From NCBI RefSeq assembly GCF_041956535.1, contig NW_027192192.1, positions 333,247-397,246 on the forward strand: a stretch of 64,000 nt of DNA, written 5' to 3'. Origin of the DNA: Calcarisporiella thermophila CBS 279.70 (Eukaryota; Fungi; Calcarisporiellomycota). Positions 15,002-29,100 of this stretch are shown here, piece by piece (within the stretch, counting starts at the first letter, position 1; every line of letters begins with the position of its first letter). The position numbers and the translations under genes were made by a program. The notes beneath the pieces are model-generated. The model had not been told where the DNA came from. It worked only from the letters and a program-made list of their open reading frames with translations, and made no database searches.

Positions 15002-16193
15002 ATGTCGGCTGATCATAAGCAAGACCTCGAGTTCTCCAATGCTTTGCACGGCAAGGCTGAACAGAAAAACTTCATCTCTATTACTGGCTCGAAAAACCAG
15101 GAGTTGCACAAAGAAGCTGTGAGCTCGTATGCCGATTTCTGGGACGGCAAGGATCCCACCAAAGAGACTGAGGAAGAGCGCGCTGGTAGACTGTCTCAAT
15201 ACAAAAAGCTTACCAATACGTATTATAACATCGCTACTGACTTTTATGAGGTATTTATTTGCTTATTTACTTGCAAAATATACTTCATCATCTCGGTGAA
15301 TTAATGATTTATTTCCACGCTTTTTATAGTATGGTTGGGGCCATTCATTCCATTTCTGCCGATACCATGTTGGAGAAGGATTCCAACAAGCGCTTGCTCG
15401 TCATGAGCACTGGCTCGCCCTTCAGTTGGAATTGAAGCCTGGTATGAAGGTACTTGACGTCGGCTGTGGTGTCGGCGGTCCTGCACGTGAAATCGGTCAC
15501 TTCACTGGCGCATACATTGTCGGGTTGAATAACAACGATTATCAGATTGAACGGTGTCGCATGTATGCCAAGAAAGAAGGCTTGGAAAATAACTCTGAAT
15601 TTGTCAAAGGCGATTTTATGAATATGCCTTTTGAGGACAACACATTTGATGCAGTGTATGCCATTGAGGCAACTGTTCACGCACCATCCCTTGCAGGAGT
15701 TTACAGCGAGATTAAGCGCGTTCTTAAGCCTGGAGGCAAATTTGCATGCTATGAGTGGGTCATGACCGATAAATACGATCCAAATAATGAAGAGCATCAG
15801 CGTATTAAGCGTGGAATTGAGCTCGGTGATGGAATTGCACAGATGTGCACTACCAAGGATGCTGTAGACGCATTGAAAGAATCCGGGTATGAGGTGGTCA
15901 AATGTGAGGATCTTGCTGATCCAAACGACCCTATTCCTTGGTACTATCCAATGGCAGGTGAATGGCGAAAAATCCAAAAACTACCTGATATTATCAATGT
16001 ACTTCCATCGACTGCACTTGGTCGTTTGTTCACTCAAAATATTTTGCGTGTGCTTGAGGCGGTGCGACTCGCTGCACCAGGCAGTGTCAAGATTGGTAGC
16101 ATGTTAGAAACGGCTGCAGACACTCTTGCGGCAGGCGGCAAGCTTGGCATCTTCACTCCGATGTTCTTTTTCCTTGCGAAGAAACCTGAATAA
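15002..16193 (+). CDS. ERG6: Sterol 24-C-methyltransferase, 2 exons
   Basis: YYNIATDFYE|YGWGHSFHF, VLDVGCGVGGPAREI, YAIEATVHAP and FTPMFFF. Confidence 0.97.
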
Positions 16194-16595
16194 TCCGTGG
16201 TATATTCCTAGACTCCGCCCTCTTAATCATTTGTTACTATCGTTCAGATAGGAGGGAAATCAAAATGTTTTTTATTTTCTTTTTATTCATTTGGTTATGT
16301 ACAAGGTCTACTTAAATTTTTCCCTAACACACTTTTATTAGTTTTCTATAAATAATAATTACCTTCCCCTAGAGATTTTAAATCCAGTTGTTGAAATATG
16401 AAAATCAGATAGGTTGGCTACTTAAACAATTAAATAAAATTGAATATACACGGAAAAATACTCCTAATATAAACCACAACCATGATAATGCGTCGGAGTA
16501 TAGCCTAGATTTTCGGGAGTGTATAGATATGAAAAATTGCATATTATAATCAGCAGGGTAGTATAATCTCGCTTATGTTGTTACAGGAGAGTATA

Positions 16596-18151
16596 TTATC
16601 GCGAAGAACTTATATCAGATTCGTCCTAAATGTAGTTTGCAATTTAGTCAGATATTTCGATAGAGCCATGAACAGGATAAGATTACCAGAAAGAGGTAGC
16701 ACCATTTGTCAGCTGCCTAAATAAAAGTTCACCCGTTTAGATATTGGCTTGATTGATTAAATATGATTTGAACCTACAATTCTTCGACATCTAGTGATCT
16801 CACATATCCTTTTCATGCACTTATCTTCGTGTAATTGCTCATCGCCCTCATGTTGCAAAAAATAGAGTTGTGTTGAAGGCATAAATGCCCAAGTTGCTCC
16901 AAGAGCAGGTCGAGTGTTTGTCCCGACAAAATTGCCTTGTGTTGGGCGTCGAACACCAACAGCACCATTAACGAGCTAGGAGAGGTCGAAAAAAAACACG
17001 GTCATGTTGCATGTTCCATCATTAAATCGAATGAGATATTCCCACCAATATTACAATATTACGGTCCAAACAAAGATCCTGCAGGGCTCTACCGGCCATT
17101 GCCATAAGCGCATGTCCTAAAAAATTTATCAATTTAAATATTCTATATCTCTATACAGCATATCAAATACCTTGACTTTGTGAAAAAGAGAGTAAGGGAG
17201 CAAACACAGTTGAAATACAATCGATTACTATCAAACAAAGGTTGCCGTAGAAGCCACTCTTTTCACTCAAATTATCTCCAATCGCTTCAATAACCGCAAG
17301 GAGGGAATACGCGTCAAAACACTGTATATGGTGTATTCTCGAGAGGATATTTTGTGTCGTCTAGACCGTTATTAGATTAGAATTGAAAATCCAAGTAGAA
17401 GTTAGTGGCAAACTTACTAATTCTGGCTCTCTCAAATTCTTAAATTGCTCTGATGTGTTTAACAGGGTCTCCAACCGATTTGCTGAAAAACAGTTAACGG
17501 TGTCAATAAACATCGCGGTGGAATATGGTCGTGTAATTAATGTATTCAGAAGAGTATAAAATGCTAGCTGATAAATGAAAAATATTCGTTATTTAAGCAT
17601 CTAATCGTTACAATATTTCAACTCGCTTACTTGAGTTTTCCCCGAACCCGATGGTCCAGCAAATTCCGAAATCTCTCCAGCCAAAAGCCCTCCTTCAAGA
17701 ATATTGTCGACTCTATAAAAAACGTAAGCTCATTATATTTCACTTGATTGTCAAAATATAGCATACTCTCGGCAACCGGTTGAGAAATATTCCTTTTCTT
17801 GCTGCCACGAATCACCCGTTACTACGACGGCACTACATTCTTTAACTGCCAAACTAATAAGCTCTTGAACATACTTAAGAAACCATTGTTAGGAAAATGA
17901 TTATATTAGAAAATTGTTTTTAATCACCTCAGGTCGAATTACTAGTTTCGAATAGATATCTTTTTCTTCTCTGAGAATTAAATCTCTATCTACTTGAAGA
18001 ATTAAATTCTCGGATGCCAAGCGGATAATATATAAAAAAAAATTTTACCACTCACTATACCGATTGAAGCAAGCTTCTCCAGAACTTCATCCCAAATTCT
18101 GTCTTTCAAATTTTCTTTAGACCTCTCTAATACTCTTCGTAATGTCGGCAT
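16596..18151 (-). CDS. RAD51D: RAD51 paralog, most similar to RAD51D; multi-exon, missed by the ORF track
   Basis: FSTGCR.IDNILEGGLLAGEISEFAGPSGSGKTQ (Walker A), MFIDT, LIVIDCIS (Walker B) and RPALGATW. Confidence 0.8.
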
Positions 18152-18713
18152 GTTGGATATGGAGTTAATATGTGGCAAAACATAGTTTCATGGAAACAAG
18201 CCACCATTAGTACTAAAATAATGTTCAGCAATAGTCATCCAGAGCCAAAAATGTGTCATTTTGGAGTATTACTTGATCTCTTTCAGTTCATTCATCTTTT
18301 AGCCTTAGCTCTAGTTTTCTCGCAAGCTGTCATAATAGGTTTTATAATCGCAAGCTTGATGGTTTTAAATTTGGGATATTTACAATTGAGTATATCCTGA
18401 TGATCAAAGCACGTATTTAACAACTGTCTTAACACATTAGTCGAGATCAACACAATATTCTTTTCGTACTTATCGTTTTAATAATCAAGTCAAAGTAAGT
18501 TTCAATATCAAAATAATATGTAAGTTTCTCATACATGTTATTTTGATATTTTGGCATCTGAAGACAGGAGGATGTGGCCTTGTATATTCCAACTTGTGTA
18601 TAATGAATATTTAATTGTACCTAAAGCATTTTATATTATGCTGAGCATTCAATAATGGTCTACATTTTGTTAATTAATAAAAAAAAAATCAAATAAACCA
18701 GGAAAATGGTCGA

Positions 18714-19190
18714 CTATTTCACATAGAGCTTCTCACAATTCCATACACTATAGAAAATTAATTAGATAATAAGTTAAATGGATTCTTGTGAATGAGAATA
18801 TACTAGCAAATATTGTTTCCATACCTATTGGTTGCGAAACCTTCAGGTGCCTCGAGATTACTCTGCAATCAAATTAAATCAATTAATTTAATAATATAAT
18901 ATATAAATGACTAGAGTGAATTACCGATTGTCCACGAAGAGAACCAGTCAGTCGACGATCACGTTCCATCATTTGGCGATCCCATCTATCCAAATTGTAC
19001 CGGGGAAACTTTAAAATAGCGCAATAGGGTTAATTTTAAAGAGATCATCGCTTTTGGCCGAAAATGTGTAAATCGAACTGACCTTGCCATCATTGTCGGA
19101 TTTCTTCACTGCAGTAAGCAATGTACCAGTAACCCCGAACATAGCAGTAATAATGCCAAGGGGAATGAGAGCTTCAAATGGAACCGGCAT
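18714..19190 (-). CDS. NDUFA1: Complex I accessory subunit NDUFA1/MWFE (fungal type), 4 exons
   Basis: MPVPFEALIPLGIITAMFGVTG...DGK|FPRYNLDRWDRQMMERDRRLTGSLRGQS. Confidence 0.9.
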
Positions 19191-19397
19191 TATGTCAAGG
19201 TTGTCAATAAGAGGGATCTAAAATTTGATTCTATTTAGTGCAAGTACAAGGGAATAAAATATGATTACGTTGCGTGACTGCTTATGTTTAAATACAATTT
19301 ATTCAATAAGCTACATATCCATGAGATTCAAATATATAATAATATAACTTTCAAGCGCGAAGTAATCAACTACAATATGTTACAGCCTTGAAAAAAT

Positions 19398-21829
19398 TCA
19401 AGGAGATCCATCCAGATATACACCTTTGGATCCAACAACTGCTCGTCGCTTTAGCATTTCCTCTGCCTCTCCACTTCCTATTGAATCGCGACTTGATTCA
19501 TCCATTCCTAGCCCTTCGTCCTCGTCATCATTGCGCAAGGCAAGTTCCGCCTGGACATCTTGACCACGGGCAAAATAAAGAGGGCTTTTCTTCCCTTGAA
19601 CTACATCTCGGGTAATAACCACCCGGCGAACTGAGGATGCAGGCGACTCATACATGGCGGGTAATAGTAAATTTTCCTATTATGACAATTCTACGTTATT
19701 CTAATAATTAACAAAACGAATTAAACCGGGATTGTATTTTACCATTATTCTCCTTAAACCACGAGCGCCTGTCTGCTTCTGAACAGCAATGTTTGCAATT
19801 GCACGGATAGCGCTGTTCGAGAATTTCAAATCCACCTACAGAATAAATAAATGTTAACATATTGTACCATTCCCTCTGATAAATTGCTATACCTGATTCA
19901 TATTGAACAAATCTTGATACTGCTTCACTAGAGAGTTTCTTGGTTCGGTCAACACTCTTACTAAGTCGCCTTCTTTAAGTTGTGCCACAGAGGATACCAC
20001 CGGAAGACGTCCGACGAATTCTGGAATCATTCCGAATTTGATCAAATCTAGATAAAGCAAAAGGGTTTTAAAAAGAGAAACGTCTAAACCTAAATACTCT
20101 TGCCTATATTACCAATAGGCTCCACTAATTCAAGCGGATTGTTATAGACTTTATAGGTAGATTGAGAAGGGTCGCTAGACTCAGACCACCCCAAGTTTAC
20201 CTCAAATCCAATAGACTATAATAAATAAAATAATTGTAGGCTACTTCTAGCGATAAGCTCTTTTGTAAAAGGCTTACCCCTTTAGCAACTCGATCCATCA
20301 CAATCTTGTCCAAACCAATAAACGCACCACTCAAAATGAAGAGAATATTGCTTGTGTCGACTGTGTATACTCCAGCACCCGGTGCAGCACCAGCTATTCC
20401 ACCCCCGCCTCCTGCTTTACGTCCCCCACCGCAATTGAGCTGCACTACAGTTCCTTCTAACAGCCGTAAAAGTGCCTGCTGAACCCCCTCACCAGACACA
20501 TCACGGGACGCAGAAAAGGACTCGCGGCGTGCTATTTTATCAATCTCGTCAATAAATACAATGCCAGTCTGAGCTTTTGCCACATTATAATCGCAGCTCT
20601 ATTATTTTAATAGTTAATAATAATCAAGGGACTAAAAGTTAAAATCATAATCACTTGAAGTAAACGCTGAATAACCATTTCTACGTCCTCTCCAACATAA
20701 CCAGCTTGTGTAAAAGGCGTGGCATCTGACATCGAGAATGGAACTTGTAATATCCTAGCTAGAGTGCGAGCAAGTAATGTTTTGCCTAGAGTTGATAGAG
20801 AATGTTAAATTACAATCCTAATGGCATTAGGCAAAACGCATATAAAAATCCCACTAACCAGAGCCAGTCGGCCCTAGCAACAGCACATTGCTTTTTTCTA
20901 AAGAAACAGTCAGAGGAGCTGAGCCATTATTTCCACCTCTTGATGTTGTCTCGAATAATTCAGGACTGCTCATCCACGTATTCAATCTGGCTACATGGTC
21001 TTCCTCTAATGATAATGGGCGACGACTCATGTGCTCTTGGCCGTCAAACGATTGCAATTTTCCAGGCATATCAGAGGACGATATTTCTCCCTGCTGTTGT
21101 GATTGTTGCTGCTGCTGTTGCTGCTGTTGCTGCTGTTGCTGGTGCTGTCGCATTCGTTCGCGCATTTCCTCTCTTAAAGATTCTTTCTGCTCATTAAATT
21201 GATGCTGAAGATTGACGCGCACACGGTTATAATGATTGCATACAGCAACTGCCAGCACTCGCTTGGCATAATCTTGACCGATGATATATTCATCTAGATG
21301 TTTGACGATCTTATATTATATGGAATTTAAGAAATAGTGCAATATCAATATTAATTAGTTTACGATTACCTTTCTAGGATTCATGAAAGGGGGGCTCCAT
21401 TTGCTTTCTTCCGGAGAATGCTGAGCAGAATTCTGGGAGGCACTTACACTATATCGCCTCAATTCATGCGGTTGATTATGTATGAATCGCCGTTTTCTGA
21501 AGTATTCCTTTGATGAAATCGAAGAATGGAGTCGCGTTGGTAGATTACATCCGTATATATCACGTAGTCTGAAGCTCCGTTGACCCTTAGATTCGGTTAA
21601 AGTAACTAAATAATGTGTAAGCAAAATGTTAACATTAAGATTAAAAGGATAAATTGATATCCGAGGTAAAAAAAATAAAAATACCTTGCAGGTTAGGCTT
21701 ATATTCACTAGGAAGTATACGGTGAGTGGTTAAAAGGTGGATTTTATTGGTTTGCGTGCTAAAGATTCGAGTACGTCTCGAGGAATATGTGACCCCGCCT
21801 CTTGGAGCCTTGCAAACGAACATATTCAT
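19398..21829 (-). CDS. CLPX: Mitochondrial ClpX AAA+ ATPase
   Basis: [60 protein letters not shown] and GARGLRR. Start position is approximate. Confidence 0.92.
21091..21141 (-). repeat. CAG/CAA trinucleotide tract encoding polyQ inside ClpX
   Basis: (CTG/TTG)n on the + strand; translates as [18 protein letters not shown]. Confidence 0.9.
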
Positions 21830-22183
21830 TTTACAAAAAAAAATAAAGGGACAAAAAGGATAACTAAAAAAAATAGGAGCCAGCAGGTTAATTTTGGAAA
21901 GAAAAAAATATTTAATTATAATCGTAGATTAATACTTATTAACGTGGTGAAAATCCAAGACTTAGATGATAAAGCGGCGAAGGGTCCTTAACCTCCTTCC
22001 TGGGAAACATCTCGTGATAAGTGACTGCTAATTGATTTTTTAATAAAATCGATATGAAGAATACCGTAAACATATCATTGTCTCCTAGATTTCACAAAAA
22101 GTTGTACATTTTTACTTACACCATTTATTCGACATCACATCTCCATTTCATATCCAGCTACTCCTCATAACCTCTAAGATATC

Positions 22184-22995
22184 ATGGCTAGACCTCGCAG
22201 AAGAAGAACAATTAAGAATCCTAACTCCAAAGTTACTCGTAAAACTGCGAATAAGCATTTCAAAAAAGTTGATATAAAGGTAAATGCTTTTTAAAATCAG
22301 ACGCTGTCTTTAGGCTAAATTATTCAAATATTTTAAATAATTGCAACAGTCCAATGATATCATCCGAAAAAACTGGGATAAAACACAAACATTACGACAA
22401 AAGTAAAATTATTGCAATCAATTTATTATTGATCTTGATTGATAATATTGTTTTCTCGATAATTAGCTATGAACGGTTAGGGCTAATGTCTAGACTCAAT
22501 GGCCTGAGCGGTGGCCGAGAAATAAATGAGCCACCAAAAGCTGAAGAGTTAACAGAAGAAGATATTAAGAAGTTGGCGAAAACCCTCGGGCCCGAGCATG
22601 GAATTATTCAAAGAGACGAGGAAGGGAATATAGTAAATGTCATTATAGGTGAAGCTCAGGATCCGGATGCAATATTCGATGCTGAACCTGAAAAAGTAGA
22701 GGCAAAAACTGATGTGGTTAGAGGTGGGCTAGTCAATTGACTACTGTCTATTTAATATTTTGAACACAGATTAATTCAAATTTTTGGAAAAATAGCATTA
22801 GAAGAGAGAGCATCAAATGCAGTTAAGACGGAAAGACACCAGTCTGAAGGAGAACAGAAATGGGTCCAATCTCTCATCGACAAGTACGGCGACGATTACG
22901 AAGCCATGTTCCGCGACATCAAAATGAACAAATATCAGCAAACAGCTTCACAGCTCCGAAAGCGATGTGAAAAATATCTAGCAAGTTTAAATTGA
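22184..22995 (+). CDS. NOP16: Nucleolar protein Nop16, 4 exons
   Basis: MARPRRRR..., NWDKTQTLRQN|YERLGL and KYGDDYEAMFRDIKMNKYQQT. Confidence 0.92.
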
Positions 22996-23862
22996 TGTTT
23001 TTTGTTTTTAAATAAATCTGCCAGTATGTATTTCACATTGAAGAGCTGCAAATTTATTTTATATGTAAAGTTTAAGATGAATTATATGGATATATACTCC
23101 TATTTACCAACTCGGACTGAGAGGTCATTTGCTAAAAGCTGCCAACTTTATGTGAGATCAATATTGAAAAAAAGAGTGTTTATGCTTTATCTGTTATTTG
23201 CTGATGTACTGTTGTAGCATTAGTGGAGAAGTTAGATTTTTGCTTTTCGGTCGTTAAAAATTAATGCCCTACTATTATAACTGGTAAAAAAATCAGTAAC
23301 TTCAAGTTTATAATTTCGATGAGAAGTCTGATCGCACCTTCACTCTCTTTTTATATTTTATTTTGTAATCCTTACATTAGATTTCTCCAAATTTTAATAT
23401 AATAAAAATTTTTCACATATAAGAGGTATATGGGTGCTGAGTAATTGTCTGTAGCCTAAGTTTTCCGCATCCAGACTTTTTTTTGAGGAATTAGAATTTA
23501 GTATAATACAAAGGAAAACAAGCTCCTCTATAGTATATTGTCTCCAATACCAAAAAAAAAACATTCTTCATAACCGCTATTTATTATCTTATTTACTGTG
23601 AAACAGACAACACTTGGCACGTTCTTCAAGCCAGAAGAGCAAAAAGAAGCAGAGCTCTGGCTACTTTTATTCGCTTTTTTTTTTTTGAGAGGCTCTATTG
23701 ATGCGTTAATTTTTCTTCGCTATATTTCTTGTATTTTTAGGGTGGCAACGTGCCTATTGTTCTAGTATATGACTAAGCAAACAGGATCGGAAAATCAATC
23801 ATCAGTTGTAAAACAACTCAGGATGAGGCTGTAGATGGAGAAAGCAACTGCTTCTGAATGGA

Positions 23863-24003
23863 ACCGCAAGGTTGCACAAATGAATGACGACCTTATCGGT
23901 TGCTCACTGAGTACCTTACTGGCCAAAGATGACAAAAGGCGACCTTATCGGTTACACTCTGCAAATAACTCCCCGCTGCTTTTTCAATTGAAACCTTATC
24001 GGC
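23863..24003 (+). promoter_or_regulatory. Cluster of ZRE-like ACCTTATCGG(T/C) motifs upstream of the ZIP gene
   Basis: Copies at 23890, 23942 and 23993 (spacing 52 and 51 bp), variants at 23863 and 23913, and a TATAAAA at about 24019. Confidence 0.6.
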
Positions 24004-24103
24004 CATCAGTTGTTTTGGTATAAAATCCCCCCCATAGATTTATTATTTTTTTATTTTTTTTTTCTATCCTTTCGTGCTCTTCTATCTTCTATATATTTGC
24101 GAT

Positions 24104-25745
24104 ATGAATCTTTTTGCCTATATTATCTTCTTTTTTCATATTTTTTTGACTTCGACAGCGCTACCATCTACTGGTAAAGATGCTGGGCACCAAATACAAA
24201 AAGGAGGGCTTGAGCAGGATAATAGAAACTCTCATATTTTATCCACTCCAAAATCGCAAGCTCAATTTATACTGCCATCTTCTGCAGCAGTGCCCTCGCG
24301 TTCTTCTAATGGCTCACCGTTCTTCGATACAAGGGCCGATTCCAAACCGACTTACGATGTGCTCTTAGTCGCTAAGCGTGATGAACACGTTCACGAAGAT
24401 GGCCACGACCACGACCACGACCACGACCACAATCACGATCACGATCACAACCATGAGCAACAGAATGATTCAGATAGCCATAATCACATCGGTCATACAC
24501 ATGGTCCTTCTGCTGAATGTATGTAGACGGACAGCTCTCTTATCGCCACCTATGGCATACAATTACTCATTAATTTCTTCCTTTATAGTAACTCAAGCTG
24601 AAGTTGACCAAATTTGCCGGCCTACCGCTATTGATGATTATAATCTGGAACTGCATATTGCAGGATTTTTTATAATACTTGTTACTAGCGGTATGGGCGT
24701 TTTCTTCCCCATATTGATAAAGAGATTCGTTGGAGCGGCACCCAAATTTGTTAAAAACACCTTATTGATCGGAAAGTTTTTCGGTGTTGGGGTCATTATC
24801 TCTACAGCGTAAGTCAGTCGCTTTTCTCTCATTAAATTCCAATCAATAACCGCGGCTTTTTGAATAGCTTTGTGCACATGCTACTAGAGGCTTTCGGCAG
24901 ATTCTCGTCACCTTGTCTTCCTCCGGCTTTTAAAGGGTTTGAGGCATGGGCACCGGTCTTTTGTATGATCGGCACAATGCTCGTACAGCTGATTGAGTAC
25001 ATTGCTATCGAACGCACAGATCATTTATCAAAAGACCTTCAGCTTCCAAAAGACAAGAACTTTGTAGAGTCAGATCATACCTTAAGCGGCCAGCTCGAGA
25101 CTGAAGTTGCTCAGGATCAAGGCGAAGCCAACGGCTTGCATCACAATCATACGCACCATCACCATGGCGCCGGCCTTCTTGAGAGCAGTGATTCTTCACT
25201 TCATATTGGTACCCTCTTACTGGAAATGGGCATCCTCATCCACAGCATCATTATCGGTGTGACGCTTGGGATAACTTCGGGAAAAGAGCATATCAGTTTA
25301 CTTATAGCTATTACATTCCACCAGGTAAGTGTATGGTCACTGAATTCTGTATAGAGCATCTATCTTAGTTTTATTGTATAATACATAGTTTTTTGAAGGA
25401 ATTGCGCTTGGTACACGGATTGCGGAGCTTGATTTCAATTCAATGAAAAAGCCGACCATAATGGCTTCGCTATTCGCGCTTATTACCCCACTTGGGATCG
25501 GAATAGGGATGGGTGTGCGACAGTCGTATTCAGGTCACTTTGGAGCCGGTCTTGTTGTTCAGGCCATCTTGGACTCATTTGCCGCAGGGATTCTTATCTA
25601 TGCTGCCCTTGTGGAAATATTCTCTATGGAGATCAATCATAATAAGAGCTTCAGAAAACAGAGTATTCCCCTTAAAGTGTTCTGTTTTATCTCAATGTAC
25701 CTAGGAATCATTGCTATGACTTTGGTTGCGCGCTTTGGTGCCTAG
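24104..25745 (+). CDS. ZIP-family zinc importer (Zrt1-like) with signal peptide and His/Asp-rich ectodomain, 4 exons
   Basis: YNLELHIAGFFIILVTS, GKFFGVGVIISTA|FVHML, LEMGILIHSIIIG, ITFHQ|FFEG and (HD)n at 24403-24454. Confidence 0.93.
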
Positions 25746-26009
25746 TTTATTTATTTATTTATATTATGCCTTGCTGAATATCTCATTGGTCTTATTTTGT
25801 AGCAAAATTATTTAAAAGCGGTTTATGCTTGTATAAAATATAATTCATATCGGTTTTAAAGATATATAGATTGAGATTTATCTTGCGCTATAACAAATTT
25901 ACAAGTTTATGTCAGCTCACTTTTTGAACCTGGAAAAATAAGAGAAAAACAAGAGAAAAAAAAATACACGTTGTAGTCTACTTATTGAAAGTAGCTCTAA
26001 TAAATAAAA

Positions 26010-27332
26010 TCATTTAGAAGCACAAAGAACCGGGGCACAATGCTGAGTAAAGTACTCCTCTATCTGTACTGTACTATGATGAATTCCAAAGTCATCACAA
26101 AGCAAATGCTGAGCTTCAGTCAAAATGCGCGAAAAATCCGGACGAGAGTCGCTAGGTGCTGTTGCGGGTTCGACTTGTAGATGGACGGCGAGAGAAGTTT
26201 TACCCGCTGTGAGCGTCCAAATGTGCAAGTCATGCACAACACGAACCCCCTGGATTTTCTCGAGAGCCTCTTTGACCTCTTGAGGATTGATATGGGATGG
26301 GGTGCCTTCCATCAAGATTGAGACTGAATCCACCACCAAGCGATAGGTGGTGAAGAGCACCAAAATAGAGAATATGAAAGTACATATCGGATCCACGATA
26401 GTTTTCGTAGGGTCAATCATAATAATAATGGAGGAGATGAGAACGCCAATCGAGGAGATCAAATCGCCAATCACATGCAGCGCCTAGAATTAGAAAATTA
26501 ATAATCTAATTCGAAAAAATAACGAAAATATCCTGCATATTATACTCACTGCAGCTTTAACATTGATATTGGCCTCGACTTTTGGTTTTTGGCTAGCCAA
26601 CCTGCCTCTTTCAGCCTCACTCACACATTGCTGCTGACCATCATTTTCCACCTGGTGATTATTAGAATCAGCAATGGGATCATGGTCATGATCATGATCG
26701 TGCGAGTGGCCGTGTGAATGGCCATGTCCCAGAGAGAACATGAGAATAAGATTGACCACAACACCAAGTGATGAAACTATGAGCATAGTCTTCCCATCTA
26801 TGGGCTGGGGATTGCGAATGCGCTCGATTGCCTCACTCACTAAATAAGCTGTCAAAATCCAAATTGTGAAAACGCTGACTAGAGCGGCAATAACTTCAGC
26901 ACGATGAAAACCGAATGAATGTCGTTTGGTCGCTGGCATTTCAGCCAGGAGAATTGCCGCAAGGGCAACTGCGAAACTAGCGATATCTAGCAATGTAGGA
27001 GTTAAGCCGAGTATTCAATCAGAGAAGTGATAAGAGATGGATCTACCAGAAAGGAGATGAAAGGCATCGGACATGAGCGCAAGTGAATTAGCAATGAAAC
27101 CACCAGCTAATTCGGCAGCAAAGAACAAAAGACAGAGTGTGGTAGCAATGATGAGTCGCCGCTTGGTTGCCTGACCATTTTCAGTGCTCTGTATGCCTGG
27201 GCAATGCGGACTAACAGAAATATTGTTCTCTAGAATCCCACCAGGCGCAGCAGAAAAGTAGGTAAGGGAAGGGGATGAGGGATCGAGCAGAGGCTGTCGC
27301 TCACTCGTGCCGTTGTTCGAGTTTTTGGTCAT
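26010..27332 (-). CDS. CDF-family zinc exporter (ZnT2/SLC30-like), 3 exons
   Basis: SLALMSDAFHLLS|D, SFGFHRAEV, His-rich loop, NINVKAA|ALHVIGD, HDLHIW and HSTVQIE. Confidence 0.93.
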
Positions 27333-27845
27333 TGTAGAATCTCGGTGTATTGGAATCAGCAGAGGTGAAAAAGTATCCGACCGAAATTATCAGCAGATTT
27401 TTACGTCACCCGAGTTTAAGAAATATATAGAGTTAAAGGAACGGTAAAAATTACTCTGTTCGTAAAATTTCAACTTTGAGGCGCCCTTCATAAAGTGTTC
27501 GCTAATAGCATGAGAAAATTAATAGAATTAGAAGGGCACGCGATTGAGATTATTACGTATTTGGGGATTGATCTCATGCGATTATATCAGAACACAGCTG
27601 TTAAACTCTGCTGTAGTCATAGTTTGAAATTGTGAAAAAAACATTATGTAGAGGCGCAAACAATTAAAATCGATGATAGCAGAACTAGTTGTCATTTTTA
27701 ATAAGTATTACTATGAACAAGTAATTATATCTAAAGGTAGCTGAGTGGAGTTTTGTCCCAAAATATTATTTTATTTTCAGAAATATAGGCATGAAACTGC
27801 GACATAAAATGAACAAAAGATATTTTAGCTGGTGGCCGAAAATAT

Positions 27846-28243
<398 letters not shown>

Positions 28244-29100
28244 TGTCGAATTTGATTATGGGTTGTATTAAGATGATGGCTAAAATATTGAGGTAAATCA
28301 GGATCTAAATGTTTTTCAGGAAAAGTGAAGAAAAAATTTTAGCTCTTGCGCGCGTTTTGAAGTTTCTCCCTTATCTTTTCAGGTATTGGCCAACCAATAA
28401 AAACCTGTTTAAACGGAATTGAAAAAAAAACAAGATATAATGGAAATGCTGATAACTAAACAAGCTTACGGGCAATTTAGTGTTCGTTTAATATTACTTG
28501 TCGCTCCCATCTTCCTTTTCTAATGGATGTTCGTTCTCCTTCGTTTTCATATTTTCCAGTTTCACAACTCCAACTCTGAACGAAATGGAATTTTCCTATA
28601 GTTCTTCCTCGCTTACAGTCTCGGAGGCATGTCACCAGGCTGCGGGATCGGTTTCTGCAGGCGAAGAGAAAATGCTGGGCATTTCTCAGGGCCTAGCTAC
28701 TATCATCGGCATACCGGTGAAAGCCAATTCATACCATAAGGGCTACAAAAATAGATGTCACCATCCACAAAATAACTTTATATATAGGCGGTCCGACTAG
28801 TACCGAGACGGTACCGATGCGATAACCTACTTTAATAACATCAATTGTATGTAGAACTATCTGCATTCCAGGAGAGAAAATAAAATTTGACGTAGATACT
28901 CTTGGAAATCCCCAGCACTAGCCCTATTTTTAGGATCCTATTAGGTATGATTCGGATTTTCTCATGGTCTTCAAAGTGGGAATTGTGACCGCTTGTGACT
29001 GTTTCGCGCAGCAAATGGTATTGTTTACACAATTCAAAGGAGCTGAGGACTAGATTCCGTTACAGAACTTAGACATTCGGTGCACCAATCTCTTAAAAAA

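Noticed and set aside
28660-28700. TPP riboswitch-like CTGAGAAATGCCC on the minus strand
   Set aside because: The downstream CCTGAT and TAATRCC elements are missing, and there is no thiamine gene nearby.
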